From: Microcoleus sp.
GTDB lineage: Bacteria; Cyanobacteriota; Cyanobacteriia; Cyanobacteriales; Microcoleaceae
Direction: 5' to 3'
NCBI GenBank assembly: GCA_052279835.1
Contig: CP181291.1
Span: forward strand, 544,001 to 608,000
Length of the DNA stretch: 64,000 nt
In this document: positions 29,174-39,339 of the stretch, piece after piece
Numbering within the stretch: the stretch's first letter is position 1
Layout: every line of letters starts with the position of its first letter
Notes under the pieces: model-generated
The model's database searches: none
What the model saw: only the letters and a program-made list of their open reading frames with translations
Told to the model about the DNA's origin: nothing
Made by a program: the position numbers and the translations under genes

Positions 29174-32029
29174 ATGAGTATTGAAGAATATATCGGGCAA
29201 GCCCAGGTTTATTTGAACCGGGGAAAGTTAAGTCAGGCGATGGATTGTTGCAAAAAGGCGATCGAACTTCAGCCGTTTTCACCCTCAGCTTACACGACTT
29301 TGGGCGAAATCCTAGAAGCTCAGGGAGATCCGACGGCGGCGAGAGATGCTTTTGTGCAAGCTTTGGAAATTTCGCCAGGATTTTTTCTGGCTCATGCTTA
29401 TTTGGGTCAATTATATAGCGAGTATTGGTGGCTGGATGAGGCGGCTTTTCACTATCGGCAAGCTCTGGATTTGAAACCAGACTGGCCGGAACTATATTAT
29501 AACTTGGGTAATGTGGTTCATAAACAGGGGAATTTGTTGGGGGCGATCGACTGTTATCAACAGGCGATCGCTCTCAAACCCAATTATGTACTTGCTTTCT
29601 ACAATCTGGCTGTGGTTTTAGCTGAAAATAATCAGCTAGAAGCAGCCATAGATAGCTACCAACAGGTAATTGCTCTTCAGCCTGATTATATCGATGCTTA
29701 CAACAATTTAGGCTGCACTTTGGTAAAGCACGATCGCATTCCCGAAGCGAGGGAAATTTACGAGGCTGGGCTGGCGATTCAGCCAGATTCGGCGAGTCTT
29801 TATAATAATTTGGGTCAAGTATTGCTTGACAAAAATCCCGATGGGGCGATCGCAGCTTATCAAAGAGCGATCGAGTTAGAGTCGGATCTGGTTTTGGCTC
29901 ATTACAATCTGGGGAAGGCGTGGCAAATACAAGGGGAACATTCGGCGGCTGTTGCTTGTTTCGATCGCGTAGTCGAGCTCAATCCGGACTATATTTCGGG
30001 CTATACTGATGCCGGATTTTCTCTGATGGCTTTGGGCAAAATTACGCAAGCTTTGGGGTATTTTGCCCAAGCAATTGCCGTCAAACCGGATTTTGTTGAG
30101 GCTTATTGTGATTTGGCACAGAGGGAGCAATTTGCTAGAGATGATGATGATGAATACTCAAAGGCGATCGTAGCTTGTGGTAGATTTTTGCAAGCATTGA
30201 TGGGAAGGAAGTCAGAAGTCAACCCCTCCCTACCCCCAAGGGGGGAAGGAAGAACCCCCCCCTACCCCCCCCAAGGGGGGAAAGAAGAGCCCTCCCCTGC
30301 ATCCCCCAAGGAAGGAAGGAAGTCAGAAGTCAACTTTCCCATGGGTGAAATTTGCGATAATTTAGCAGAAATTTACATACATTTAGGGAACTCTTTAACA
30401 GAGTATGGCGGTCACGAATCGGCGACAACTTACTATCAAAAAGCTTTACAAATTCAGCCTCAAAATACAGAGCTTTACTGGCTGCTGGCCAATTCTTTGG
30501 TAAAGCAAAAGCGGTTAAATGCTGCTATTTTTCTATACCACAGGGCTTTGGCTATTCAGCCTGCTCTACCGCAAGTTTATTTTGAGTTGGCAAAAGTTCT
30601 GCAAAAACAGGGCTATTGGGAACGGGCGATCGATTATTATCAAAAAGTTTTGGAGTTGCAATCCTACGGCTATTCACAGCCACAATTATCGCCACAAGGT
30701 GATTCTATTGCCGTAGATTCAAGGGCGATGGAACTTCCTCAAGGTATTTATTTATCTACTTGGGATTGGCTGGTTAATGCTAGGCTGGATGCGGGTAATT
30801 ATGTGGAGATAGTTTGGAAATATGCAGCCGCAACCAGGGAAGCAAATACTGCCAATTCCCAATTGCCAATTGCCAATGCTTCGGCTACGCTCAGCACAAG
30901 TTCCCAATTAGCTAATTCCGATTGTGGTGGTTTAAGTTGCGGGTTGTGTTTGCATCGAATTTCTAAGTGGTTCGATCCGATACATTTGGGTTGGGGAGTT
31001 TGCCGTTTGTCCAACTCGCAACCGCTACCTGTGGAGTCGCCCAAGACTTTTGTTGCTGCAATTCCTAATGGGCGAAGTTGGATTGTGCCCCAGGAAAATT
31101 ATTGGTTGATTTGTAATGCGATCGCAGTTATTACTCCTGATAACTATTTGTTGGCTGATGTGTCGAGAGATTATCCGGGATTTTTACCGGGATGCGACAA
31201 GCATGATATCAGAAAACATAGCGTTTTTAACTTAGAATCATTTCCACCTTTAAAACAGATTGAAGGTAGGGTGGCGGTGCTTTCTGGTTTATCGGGAAAT
31301 GTCTATTTTCACTGGATGGTTGATGTTTTGCCGAGAATAGAGTTGCTGCGGCGAAGTGGTAGGGATTTGGCGGAGATTGATTGGTTTTTGGTGAATAGTT
31401 GCCAGCATCAATTTCAACGGGATAGTCTCAGAATTCTGGGGATTCCAGAGGAAAAAGTCTTGGAGAGCGATCGCCAGCCTCACATTCAAGCCACAGAGTT
31501 AATTGTACCATCTTTTGCTGGATATTTGGGCTGGCCTTCTGGCTGGGCGATAGATTTTTTGAGAGGGGAGTTTCTGAAGGGAATTATACCTAGTTCTAAC
31601 TACCCAAAACGGCTTTATATCAGTCGTAGTAAAGCTAGATATCGGCGAGTCTTGAATGAGGTAGATGTGGTTGAGGTTTTGGCAGAATTTGGGTTTGTTT
31701 CTATTTTACCTGAATCTATGTCTCTGGAGGAGCAAATTGCCTATTTTTATCATGCTGAAGTAATAGTTGCAGCCCACGGTAGCGGGTTGACAAATACGCT
31801 TTTTTGTCAGGGTGGAACTAAAGTAATTGAGTTGATGTCGCCTCATTATATCAGCCATTATTACTGGGGAACCAGTCAATATTTGCAGTTGGAACATTAC
31901 TTTTTAACTGGGGAGGCTTTTGAGTGTTATCCTATTAGACAGTTGATGTATCAAAATTCCCTGACAGAGGATATCTTGGTGAACTTGAGTTCGCTCAAGA
32001 GGATGGTTGAAGTGGTTGGTTTGGGTTAG
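29174..32029 (+). CDS. TPR-repeat protein with C-terminal glycosyltransferase family 61 (DUF563) domain
   Basis: Many TPRs; YFHWMVDVLPR, RLYISR, R..LNE, AAHGSGLTN..F. Confidence 0.88.
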   Translation: MSIEEYIGQAQVYLNRGKLSQAMDCCKKAIELQPFSPSAYTTLGEILEAQGDPTAARDAFVQALEISPGFFLAHAYLGQLYSEYWWLDEAAFHYRQALDLKPDWPELYYNLGNVVHKQGNLLGAIDCYQQAIALKPNYVLAFYNLAVVLAENNQLEAAIDSYQQVIALQPDYIDAYNNLGCTLVKHDRIPEAREIYEAGLAIQPDSASLYNNLGQVLLDKNPDGAIAAYQRAIELESDLVLAHYNLGKAWQIQGEHSAAVACFDRVVELNPDYISGYTDAGFSLMALGKITQALGYFAQAIAVKPDFVEAYCDLAQREQFARDDDDEYSKAIVACGRFLQALMGRKSEVNPSLPPRGEGRTPPYPPQGGKEEPSPASPKEGRKSEVNFPMGEICDNLAEIYIHLGNSLTEYGGHESATTYYQKALQIQPQNTELYWLLANSLVKQKRLNAAIFLYHRALAIQPALPQVYFELAKVLQKQGYWERAIDYYQKVLELQSYGYSQPQLSPQGDSIAVDSRAMELPQGIYLSTWDWLVNARLDAGNYVEIVWKYAAATREANTANSQLPIANASATLSTSSQLANSDCGGLSCGLCLHRISKWFDPIHLGWGVCRLSNSQPLPVESPKTFVAAIPNGRSWIVPQENYWLICNAIAVITPDNYLLADVSRDYPGFLPGCDKHDIRKHSVFNLESFPPLKQIEGRVAVLSGLSGNVYFHWMVDVLPRIELLRRSGRDLAEIDWFLVNSCQHQFQRDSLRILGIPEEKVLESDRQPHIQATELIVPSFAGYLGWPSGWAIDFLRGEFLKGIIPSSNYPKRLYISRSKARYRRVLNEVDVVEVLAEFGFVSILPESMSLEEQIAYFYHAEVIVAAHGSGLTNTLFCQGGTKVIELMSPHYISHYYWGTSQYLQLEHYFLTGEAFECYPIRQLMYQNSLTEDILVNLSSLKRMVEVVGLG

Positions 32030-32053
32030 TTGGCGTCTAGAGTAGTGGAAATT

Positions 32054-35000
32054 ATGCCCTCGATTGATAAGATGGAAAAAGCAGCGGTTGATTTGAGTCA
32101 GCAAGCAGAAGTTTATTTAGCTGAAGGTAGGTTAAATGAGGCGGTGGCTGCTTGTGAGTCAGCCCTGAAAATTCAGCCGAATTTGGCGACAGCTTGTCAG
32201 ACACTGGGAAAAGTAATGCAGCTTCGAGGAGAAATTGAGCAAGCTAAACAGTGGTATGAAGCGGCGATCGATCGCAATCCCAATTTACCCGAAGTTTACG
32301 CTAATCTCGGCATTTTGTATTCTCAGCTAAAACAGTGGCAAAACGCGATCGCAGCTTGTGAAAAAGCAATTTCCCTGGCACCGAAATTTGCTGCTGCTTA
32401 CCGACAGTTGGCGATAGTTTGGACGCAGTTGCAGAAGCAAGAAACAGCTACAGAGTATTGGTATCAAGCTTTTAATATCGATCCGAATTGGGCAACGGCT
32501 GACGAGTACGTCACCCTGGGAAATCATTTAGTGGAACAAGATAAGTTCGATCGGGCTATTGAATGTTATTCGCGGGCAATTCAAATCGATCCTAAATTAT
32601 TAATAGCTTATCATAATTTGGGAGAAATCCTATTTCGGGAAAAAAGGTGGGAAGAGGCGATCGCCAACTACCGGAAAGTCATTAAAATTAATCCTGATTC
32701 CTTTGAAGCTTACCACAGTTTGGGTAAAATTTGGGTGGCTCAAGGAGAATTAGACAGGGCAATCTCCTGTTACCAAAAAAGTATTGAAATTAATCCTAAC
32801 TATGCTCGTGCCAGCCTGGGATTGGGCAATGTTTTGGTACAAAAGGGTGAATTGGATGCAGCAATTAACTGTTACCGCCAAGCTCTTAAAATTAACAGCA
32901 ATTCCGCTTGGACTCATAATTACTTAGGGGAAGCTTTGGCTCACAAACAACTGTGGGAAGAAGCGGTGATTTGCTACCGCAAAGCTATTGAATTAAATTC
33001 AAATGTTCCTTGGTTTTACCTCAATTTGGGAATTGCCTTAACCTGTGAAAAATCCTGGGATGAAGCTGTTGCCGCTTACCTGCGTGCGATTCAGCTTGAA
33101 CCCAATTTGACGGGAATTAATCAGAGATTGGGATATGTTTTGCGGAAACGTAGCGAGTCTGGTCTCGATAACACAATTGTTAGTTATTGTCAAGATATTG
33201 AGATGCTTGCTAGCGGCAAACTTTACCACAAATTCCTGGGGATTGAGTTAGATGGAGCGGAATTTTATCTAAATTTAGGAAATAGTTTAGCTAAGCAGAA
33301 ACAGTTGGAAGGTGCGATCGTCTTTTATAGAATGGCGCTGCAAATAGAACCCAAGGTGCCGGAAGTTGTTGCCAAACTGGATGAGGCGCGCCAGAAACAA
33401 CGGGAGTTATACGCACAAATTGCCACTTACCGTCACCAAATTGCGATCGCCCCTAATGATTCTCAAGCCTACAACGATTTAGGGAACATTTTACCACAAT
33501 TAGGGGAATTAGACGAAGCAATTGTCTGTCACCAAAAAGCCAGCGCATTGAGGGGGTGGGCTGAATGTGCGACGAAAAATTATCAATTTACCCAAGATTG
33601 GTTTACCCACAATATCCCTATTTGGCAACGACATTTGCAACCCTTGGCAGGAATTCCCGAATTTAAAGTTGTGGAAATCGGCAGTTTTCAAGGAATGTCT
33701 GCCTGCTGGTTGTTGGATAATATTTTAACTCACCCCACCGCCAAAATTACTTGCATTGATTTACACTTCCAACAACATTTTAAGGGGAATATTGCCAAAA
33801 CAGGACTAGCAGAGCGAGTCATTGAATTAGAGGGCTATTCTCAAGACTTATTAGTGAATTTAACTTCGGAATCTTACGACATTGCTTACGTTGACGGCTG
33901 TCACAAACCCACCAGTGCCCTGCAAGATGCGATTTTATCTTGGAGGTTGGTGAAAGTTGGGGGATTGATGATTTTTGATGATTACGAATTTACGTTTCCA
34001 GACAGCCCGGAGCAAGATACTAAAATCGGGATAGATGTTTTTCTGGAGATGTTTGGAAGTCAGTTAGAAGTAGTTCATAAAGGTTATCAACTGATTGTGA
34101 AAAAAACTGGTAATCAAAACTTGGGGAAGGAGCAAGCACTCTTGTCTCAAGGTTGGGAAAAGTTGGGAGATATTGCGGCAAATACGGGTTATGCCGATGA
34201 GGCGATCGTCCGTTATCAAACAGCAATTAAAATTAAGTCTGGCACATACTCAATTTACCATAAGTTAGGTAAAAGTTTACAAGAAAAAGAACTGTTTGAC
34301 CAAGCTATCACCGCTTACAGACAGGCAATTCAATTTAATCCAAATTTTAGTTGGGCTTACCACTATCTAGGAGAAACTTTGCAGGCGATTGAGGAATATG
34401 CTGATGCTGCTGCTGCTTACCGCAAAGCAATTGAGTTGAATCCTGATTTTTGTTGGAGTTACAGCAGTTTGGGTGATGTTTTGATGGAGCTGGTTGAGTT
34501 CGAGCAAGCTGCTGTCGCTTACCGCAAAGCAATTGAGTTGAATCCTGATTTTTGTTGGAGTTACAGCAGTTTGGGTGATGTTTTGATGGAGCTGGTTGAG
34601 TTCGAGCAAGCTGCTGTCGCTTACCGCAAAGTCATTGAATTGAATCCTGATTTTTGTTGGGCTTACGACAAGTTGGGTAAGGCTTTAATTGCATTGGAAA
34701 ATTGGGAGGAAGCGGAGGTTGCTTATCGCAAAGCTGTTGAGTTGAATCCTGACTTTTGTTGGCTATATAATAGTTTGGGAGAAGTGCTGGAAGAGCAAGA
34801 AAAGTGGCCGGAAGCAGCAGTGGCTTTTCGCCATGCTGTTGATTTGTCGCCGGATACTATTTGGCTATACAAAAAGTTGGGTGATGCACTGCGAAAACAA
34901 GGGGATTGGGAAAGTGCGATCGCAATTTATGAACAAGGCATTAATCTGGAACCCAAATCCTGTTGGTTTTACGAAGGATTGGGTTTAACTTTAATTGAAA

Positions 35001-36247
35001 AACAGCAGTGGGAACCGGCAGTAACTAATTTAATTCAAGCACTGCAAATCCAACCAGATTTGTTTGAAGTTTATAATAGTATAGGTTATGCTCTGGAACA
35101 ACAAGGGGAAGTCGATGAGAGCGATATGGCAAAATTTAGCAATCAAATCTTACCATTAACTGTACTCAAAAAATACTGCGGTTTTACAGAGGATTTGGCA
35201 ATTACAGCAGAGTCAAATCCGAACATTACTTGTATTGACATCCATCCAGCCAGTCAAATCAATTTATTAGCTTCCAAAACTACCGACAGCAACAACAGAT
35301 TTGGGGCCGATCAAACTCATGCAAGAAAAGCTTTTGTTACCTTACTACCAAAGGGACGAGCTTGGGCTGATGTTGTGACTACTGCCGTCATTACTTCAGA
35401 TAACAAACTTGTTGGCGATATCTCAATGGGTTGTGCTGAATTAGTCATCACTTCCGACAAATTACCTCCCACTGAACATATAAATGGAAATGTGGCTTTT
35501 TTATCAGCACGTTGGGGAGGAGCGGCTTATTTTCATTGGATGTTTGATGTCATGACTCGATTTGACCTTTTGCAAAGAAGCGGGTTAATCGAAAGTATAG
35601 ATAAGTTTGTTGTCAACGCCTGCGATTCTGCTTACCAAAAAGAAACTTTAAATACTTTAGGAATTCCTGAACATAAAATTTTAGAAAGTCGCTGTAATCT
35701 CCACATAACCGCAGATAAATTAATAGTTCCTTCAATTTCTTATGATGGAGCGGGAGCAGTTTCTAAATGGAAATGCGATTATCTGAAACAAGCTTTTTTA
35801 ACTACACAGCAACCACTAAAAATAAATTATTCAGAACGAATTTATATCAGTAGACAAAAAGCATCTTATCGGCGAATTGTCAACGATGAAGAAGTAATTA
35901 AGTTTTTGGAAAAATTTGGGTTTCGGAGTGTCGAACTGGAAACGATGTCGGTAGCTGAACAAGCAGCTTGTTTGGCTGCTGCTAAAGTAGTTGTTGCACC
36001 TCACGGAGCTGGATTGACTAATCTAGTTTTTTGCACTCAGGGAACTAAGGTAATTGAGATTTTTTCTCCTATTTACGTGCCGTATTGTTATTGGATGATT
36101 AGCAATTTTTGCGATTTGGAACATTACTATTTAATTGGTGATTTGTTGGATGACGGAACTATTGAAAAACCCGTACATCAAAATATGAAATTGGATGTGA
36201 AATCGCTGGAGAAGTTAATGAATCTTGCAGGAGTTTTGCATGAATAA
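32054..36247 (+). CDS. TPR, class I SAM methyltransferase, TPR, GT61 fusion protein (start 32030, 32054 or 32072)
   Basis: TPR arrays flank VVEIGSFQGMS..YVDGCH..GGLMIFDDY; C-terminal YFHWMFD, RIYISR, PHGAGLTNLVF. Confidence 0.88.
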   Translation: MPSIDKMEKAAVDLSQQAEVYLAEGRLNEAVAACESALKIQPNLATACQTLGKVMQLRGEIEQAKQWYEAAIDRNPNLPEVYANLGILYSQLKQWQNAIAACEKAISLAPKFAAAYRQLAIVWTQLQKQETATEYWYQAFNIDPNWATADEYVTLGNHLVEQDKFDRAIECYSRAIQIDPKLLIAYHNLGEILFREKRWEEAIANYRKVIKINPDSFEAYHSLGKIWVAQGELDRAISCYQKSIEINPNYARASLGLGNVLVQKGELDAAINCYRQALKINSNSAWTHNYLGEALAHKQLWEEAVICYRKAIELNSNVPWFYLNLGIALTCEKSWDEAVAAYLRAIQLEPNLTGINQRLGYVLRKRSESGLDNTIVSYCQDIEMLASGKLYHKFLGIELDGAEFYLNLGNSLAKQKQLEGAIVFYRMALQIEPKVPEVVAKLDEARQKQRELYAQIATYRHQIAIAPNDSQAYNDLGNILPQLGELDEAIVCHQKASALRGWAECATKNYQFTQDWFTHNIPIWQRHLQPLAGIPEFKVVEIGSFQGMSACWLLDNILTHPTAKITCIDLHFQQHFKGNIAKTGLAERVIELEGYSQDLLVNLTSESYDIAYVDGCHKPTSALQDAILSWRLVKVGGLMIFDDYEFTFPDSPEQDTKIGIDVFLEMFGSQLEVVHKGYQLIVKKTGNQNLGKEQALLSQGWEKLGDIAANTGYADEAIVRYQTAIKIKSGTYSIYHKLGKSLQEKELFDQAITAYRQAIQFNPNFSWAYHYLGETLQAIEEYADAAAAYRKAIELNPDFCWSYSSLGDVLMELVEFEQAAVAYRKAIELNPDFCWSYSSLGDVLMELVEFEQAAVAYRKVIELNPDFCWAYDKLGKALIALENWEEAEVAYRKAVELNPDFCWLYNSLGEVLEEQEKWPEAAVAFRHAVDLSPDTIWLYKKLGDALRKQGDWESAIAIYEQGINLEPKSCWFYEGLGLTLIEKQQWEPAVTNLIQALQIQPDLFEVYNSIGYALEQQGEVDESDMAKFSNQILPLTVLKKYCGFTEDLAITAESNPNITCIDIHPASQINLLASKTTDSNNRFGADQTHARKAFVTLLPKGRAWADVVTTAVITSDNKLVGDISMGCAELVITSDKLPPTEHINGNVAFLSARWGGAAYFHWMFDVMTRFDLLQRSGLIESIDKFVVNACDSAYQKETLNTLGIPEHKILESRCNLHITADKLIVPSISYDGAGAVSKWKCDYLKQAFLTTQQPLKINYSERIYISRQKASYRRIVNDEEVIKFLEKFGFRSVELETMSVAEQAACLAAAKVVVAPHGAGLTNLVFCTQGTKVIEIFSPIYVPYCYWMISNFCDLEHYYLIGDLLDDGTIEKPVHQNMKLDVKSLEKLMNLAGVLHE
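34415..34631 (+). repeat. Exact 102-nt tandem duplication of one TPR unit
   Basis: 34415-34516 is identical to 34517-34618. Confidence 0.9.
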
Positions 36248-38039
36248 TGATTACCATAATTTGGGTAATTCCCTGCTAGCTAGTGGGAGATTTGAGGAGG
36301 CTGTCATCGCCTACAAAAAAGCTGTTGAATTGAATCCCAATTTTTCTTGGTCTTATCACGGTTTGGGCGATGTTTTGCAGAAACTCGGACACCGAGATGA
36401 GGCTGTCGCCGCCTATAGGAAAGCTATTGAGTTAAATCCTGATTTTGCTTGGTCTTATCATAATTTGGGCGATGTTTTATTAGAGTTAGAACTATGGGAG
36501 GAGGCTGTTGCTGCTTACCGCTGCGAGATTAAAATTAAGTCAGATTTTGCTTGGTCTTTTTGCAATTTAGGAGATGCTTTGACTAAGCTAAAACAGTGGA
36601 ATGAAGCGATTTATGCCTATTTACAAGCTATTCTAATTGACCGAGATTTGCCGGGAATTTATGAGAAGTTGGGCTATGTTCTGCGACAAACAGAATCTGA
36701 CTTAAGGCCGGTGTTGTTACCAGGTGAATTGCTGATTACACCGGAAAATCGCGACTTTTATTTGGGTGTAGGGAGGAGTTTAGCACAGGGCGATCGCCCA
36801 GAAAGTGCAATTATTTTTTGTAAACTACTCTTGACATATGAGCCATTGTGCGATACATGGTTGACGCAATTAGGGGAGTTTTTGCAGGAACAAGAAAAGT
36901 GCGATCGCACTTTAGCCTCCGCTCGCGAAATAGTCGCCCAAAAACCTGATGATTGTTTTTCTTATTACAATTTAGGTGCTGTTTTAACCCATCAAAAAAA
37001 GTGGAATGAAGCGGCTGAGTCGTTTTTGCAAGCAATAAAAATAAATCCAGATTTTTACTGGTGGTTTTATTACAATTTGTGGGAAGTTGTGGTTAAGCAA
37101 AATAAGCTGGAGGAAGTGGCTAGTTTGTATCGGGGATTTGTAGAATCTCACCCGGAGGCTTTTTGGCATTATTTGAATTTGGGGGAGGCTTTGACTAGAC
37201 AAGGCAAAATTGAAGAGGCAATTGGCTGTTATCAAACTGTCAGTTACCGTCAAACTTTTTCATCTATTATAAGTAAGGAGACAGGTAAGATGCCTGTGCC
37301 ACAAAATACGGTCAAATGTCCTAATTTTATCATTATTGGTTCCCAGCGGTGTGGCACAACTTCTCTGTACACTTATTTAGCTCAACACCCGCAAATTTTG
37401 ACTCCTATTAAAAAGGAGATGGATTTTTTCTCGTGGCACTTTGACAGAGGGATTGATTGGTATTTGGCTCATTTTCCACCCATGCCAGCCGGGGAGCAAT
37501 TTTTGACAGGCGAAGCCAGTCCCAGCTATTTTGACTCTCTGGCAGCACCAGAACGGCTCTACAGCGCTTTTCCAGAGGTGAAGCTGATTGTACTTTTGCG
37601 CAATCCGGTCGATCGCGCTATTTCTCAATTCTACCGTTTGACTGAGTTAAACTGGGAAGGGCGATCGTTCGATCGAGCAATTAGCGATGAAATTGCACGA
37701 TTGGCTCAAAATCCAGCATATATTATTGGCGAGGAACCGGGTAATTATTTAGCTCGCGGTAGGTATATAGAATTTATCAAAAACTGGCTGGCTTTTTTTC
37801 CGAAATCACAGTTGTTGATTTTGAGAAGCGAAGATTTTTATGCCAATGCAGCGACGACTGTTTTGCAAGTTTTAGATTTTTTAGATTTGCCTGAATATCA
37901 ATTACCTGAATATCCAAATGCTAATCCTGGTTCTTATCAGCCTATCAGCGATTCGGTGCGCGACTGGTTGAGCGATTATTTTCGACCTTACAATCAGGAA
38001 CTAGAGGAGTATTTAGGCAGAAAGTTTAATTGGGAATAG
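36240..38039 (+). CDS. TPR-repeat sulfotransferase
   Basis: TPRs, then FIIIGSQRCGTTSL (5'-PSB) and LLRNPVDRAIS (3'-PB); ATG overlaps the upstream gene end. Confidence 0.9.
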   Translation: MNNDYHNLGNSLLASGRFEEAVIAYKKAVELNPNFSWSYHGLGDVLQKLGHRDEAVAAYRKAIELNPDFAWSYHNLGDVLLELELWEEAVAAYRCEIKIKSDFAWSFCNLGDALTKLKQWNEAIYAYLQAILIDRDLPGIYEKLGYVLRQTESDLRPVLLPGELLITPENRDFYLGVGRSLAQGDRPESAIIFCKLLLTYEPLCDTWLTQLGEFLQEQEKCDRTLASAREIVAQKPDDCFSYYNLGAVLTHQKKWNEAAESFLQAIKINPDFYWWFYYNLWEVVVKQNKLEEVASLYRGFVESHPEAFWHYLNLGEALTRQGKIEEAIGCYQTVSYRQTFSSIISKETGKMPVPQNTVKCPNFIIIGSQRCGTTSLYTYLAQHPQILTPIKKEMDFFSWHFDRGIDWYLAHFPPMPAGEQFLTGEASPSYFDSLAAPERLYSAFPEVKLIVLLRNPVDRAISQFYRLTELNWEGRSFDRAISDEIARLAQNPAYIIGEEPGNYLARGRYIEFIKNWLAFFPKSQLLILRSEDFYANAATTVLQVLDFLDLPEYQLPEYPNANPGSYQPISDSVRDWLSDYFRPYNQELEEYLGRKFNWE

Positions 38040-38069
38040 GGCATCGGGCATCGGGCATCGGGCATCGGG

Positions 38070-38267
38070 CATTAGTGTCAACTTAAGCCTGAAAGCTTTG
38101 GTATCTCTCGCTTTTACGCCAAGTCTAGATCCCCCTAAATCCCCCTTAAGAAGGGGGACTTTGATCGGAATCTTGTTCCCCCCTTCTTAAGGGGGGCTAG
38201 GGGGGATCTGGATTTAATAGTCAAATAGCAATCTCTGACTGGATTTGAGCTTAAGTTGACACCAATG
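38070..38267. mobile_element. MITE family D inside a heptamer repeat tract
   Basis: TIR CATT(A/G)GTGTCAACTTAAGC/GCTTAAGTTGACACCAATG; internal CCCCCTTAAGAAGGGGG hairpins; GGGCAT(C/T) repeats on both sides. Confidence 0.8.
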
Positions 38268-38342
38268 GGGCATTGGGCATTGGTAGCTCCCCCTCTCCCC
38301 CTCTTCCCCTCCCCCCCCTCTCCCCCTCTTCCACTCTCCCCA

Positions 38343-38372
38343 TTGACAAGTCATACTCGTTATGAGTACGAT
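38343..38372 (+). promoter_or_regulatory. Putative sigma70-type promoter with overlapping palindrome
   Basis: TTGACA-N18-TACGAT; TACTC-N5-GAGTA in the spacer/-10. Confidence 0.5.
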
Positions 38373-38418
38373 TAGAGTAGCAAGTGAATTTAACCCAAAT
38401 ACCGAAGGATTCAAAATC

Positions 38419-39153
38419 ATGCTGCCGAACAAAGAAGGTCAAAGAGTACCCAATGTCACCTTTCGCACCCGCAAAGATAACGAGTGGGTTGATGTCACCA
38501 CCGCTGATTTGTTTGCAGGCAAAACCGTAGTAGTATTTTCGCTACCTGGAGCATTTACTCCCACTTGTTCGTCAACGCACCTCCCCGGTTACAACGAATT
38601 AGCCAAAACTTTCAAAGCCAATGGTGTAGATGAAATTGTTTGCATTTCCGTCAATGACACATTTGTGATGAACGAATGGGCAAAAGACCAAGAATCGGAC
38701 AATGTTACCTTAATTCCCGACGGTAACGGCGAATTTTCTGAAGGCATGGGAATGCTGGTAGACAAAACAGATTTAGGTTTTGGCAAGCGGTCTTGGCGCT
38801 ATTCTATGCTAGTGAAAGATGGCTTAATAGAAAAAATGTTTATTGAGCCGGAAGAGCCTGGAGACCCTTTCAAGGTGTCCGATGCTGATACGATGCTTCA
38901 CTACATTAACTCCGCAGCAGCAAAGCCCAAAGTTGTATCTTTGTTCACCAAAGTTGGCTGTCCCTTCTGCGCCCGCGCTAAGGCAATGCTGACTGAAAAG
39001 GGCTTGGATTATGAAGAAATCGTCTTGGGTCAAGATATCACAACTCGATCGCTCCGCGCCGTAACAGGGGCTACCACAGTGCCACAAGTATTTATTGATG
39101 GCAAATTGATTGGTGGCTCCGAAGCCCTAGAATCTTATTTGGCTGCTGGTTAG
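38419..39153 (+). CDS. Hybrid peroxiredoxin (Prx5)-glutaredoxin
   Basis: [24 protein letters not shown], then CPFC and TVPQVFI. Confidence 0.93.
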   Translation: MLPNKEGQRVPNVTFRTRKDNEWVDVTTADLFAGKTVVVFSLPGAFTPTCSSTHLPGYNELAKTFKANGVDEIVCISVNDTFVMNEWAKDQESDNVTLIPDGNGEFSEGMGMLVDKTDLGFGKRSWRYSMLVKDGLIEKMFIEPEEPGDPFKVSDADTMLHYINSAAAKPKVVSLFTKVGCPFCARAKAMLTEKGLDYEEIVLGQDITTRSLRAVTGATTVPQVFIDGKLIGGSEALESYLAAG

Positions 39154-39339
39154 GAAACCATACCTAACTCCCTTCCCGAGGAAGGGAAGGGGGAGGAAGA
39201 TGTCTTGCCCCTTTTGGGCGAGGTTTGGGTTCAACAGTTCCATAGCCAAAAAAATAAGATCGATCGCCCGATCGATCCATTCTCGTGTCACAATTACCTG
39301 TGAAGTAAGATAAAAAATCAGACATGGGAGTAACCGATC

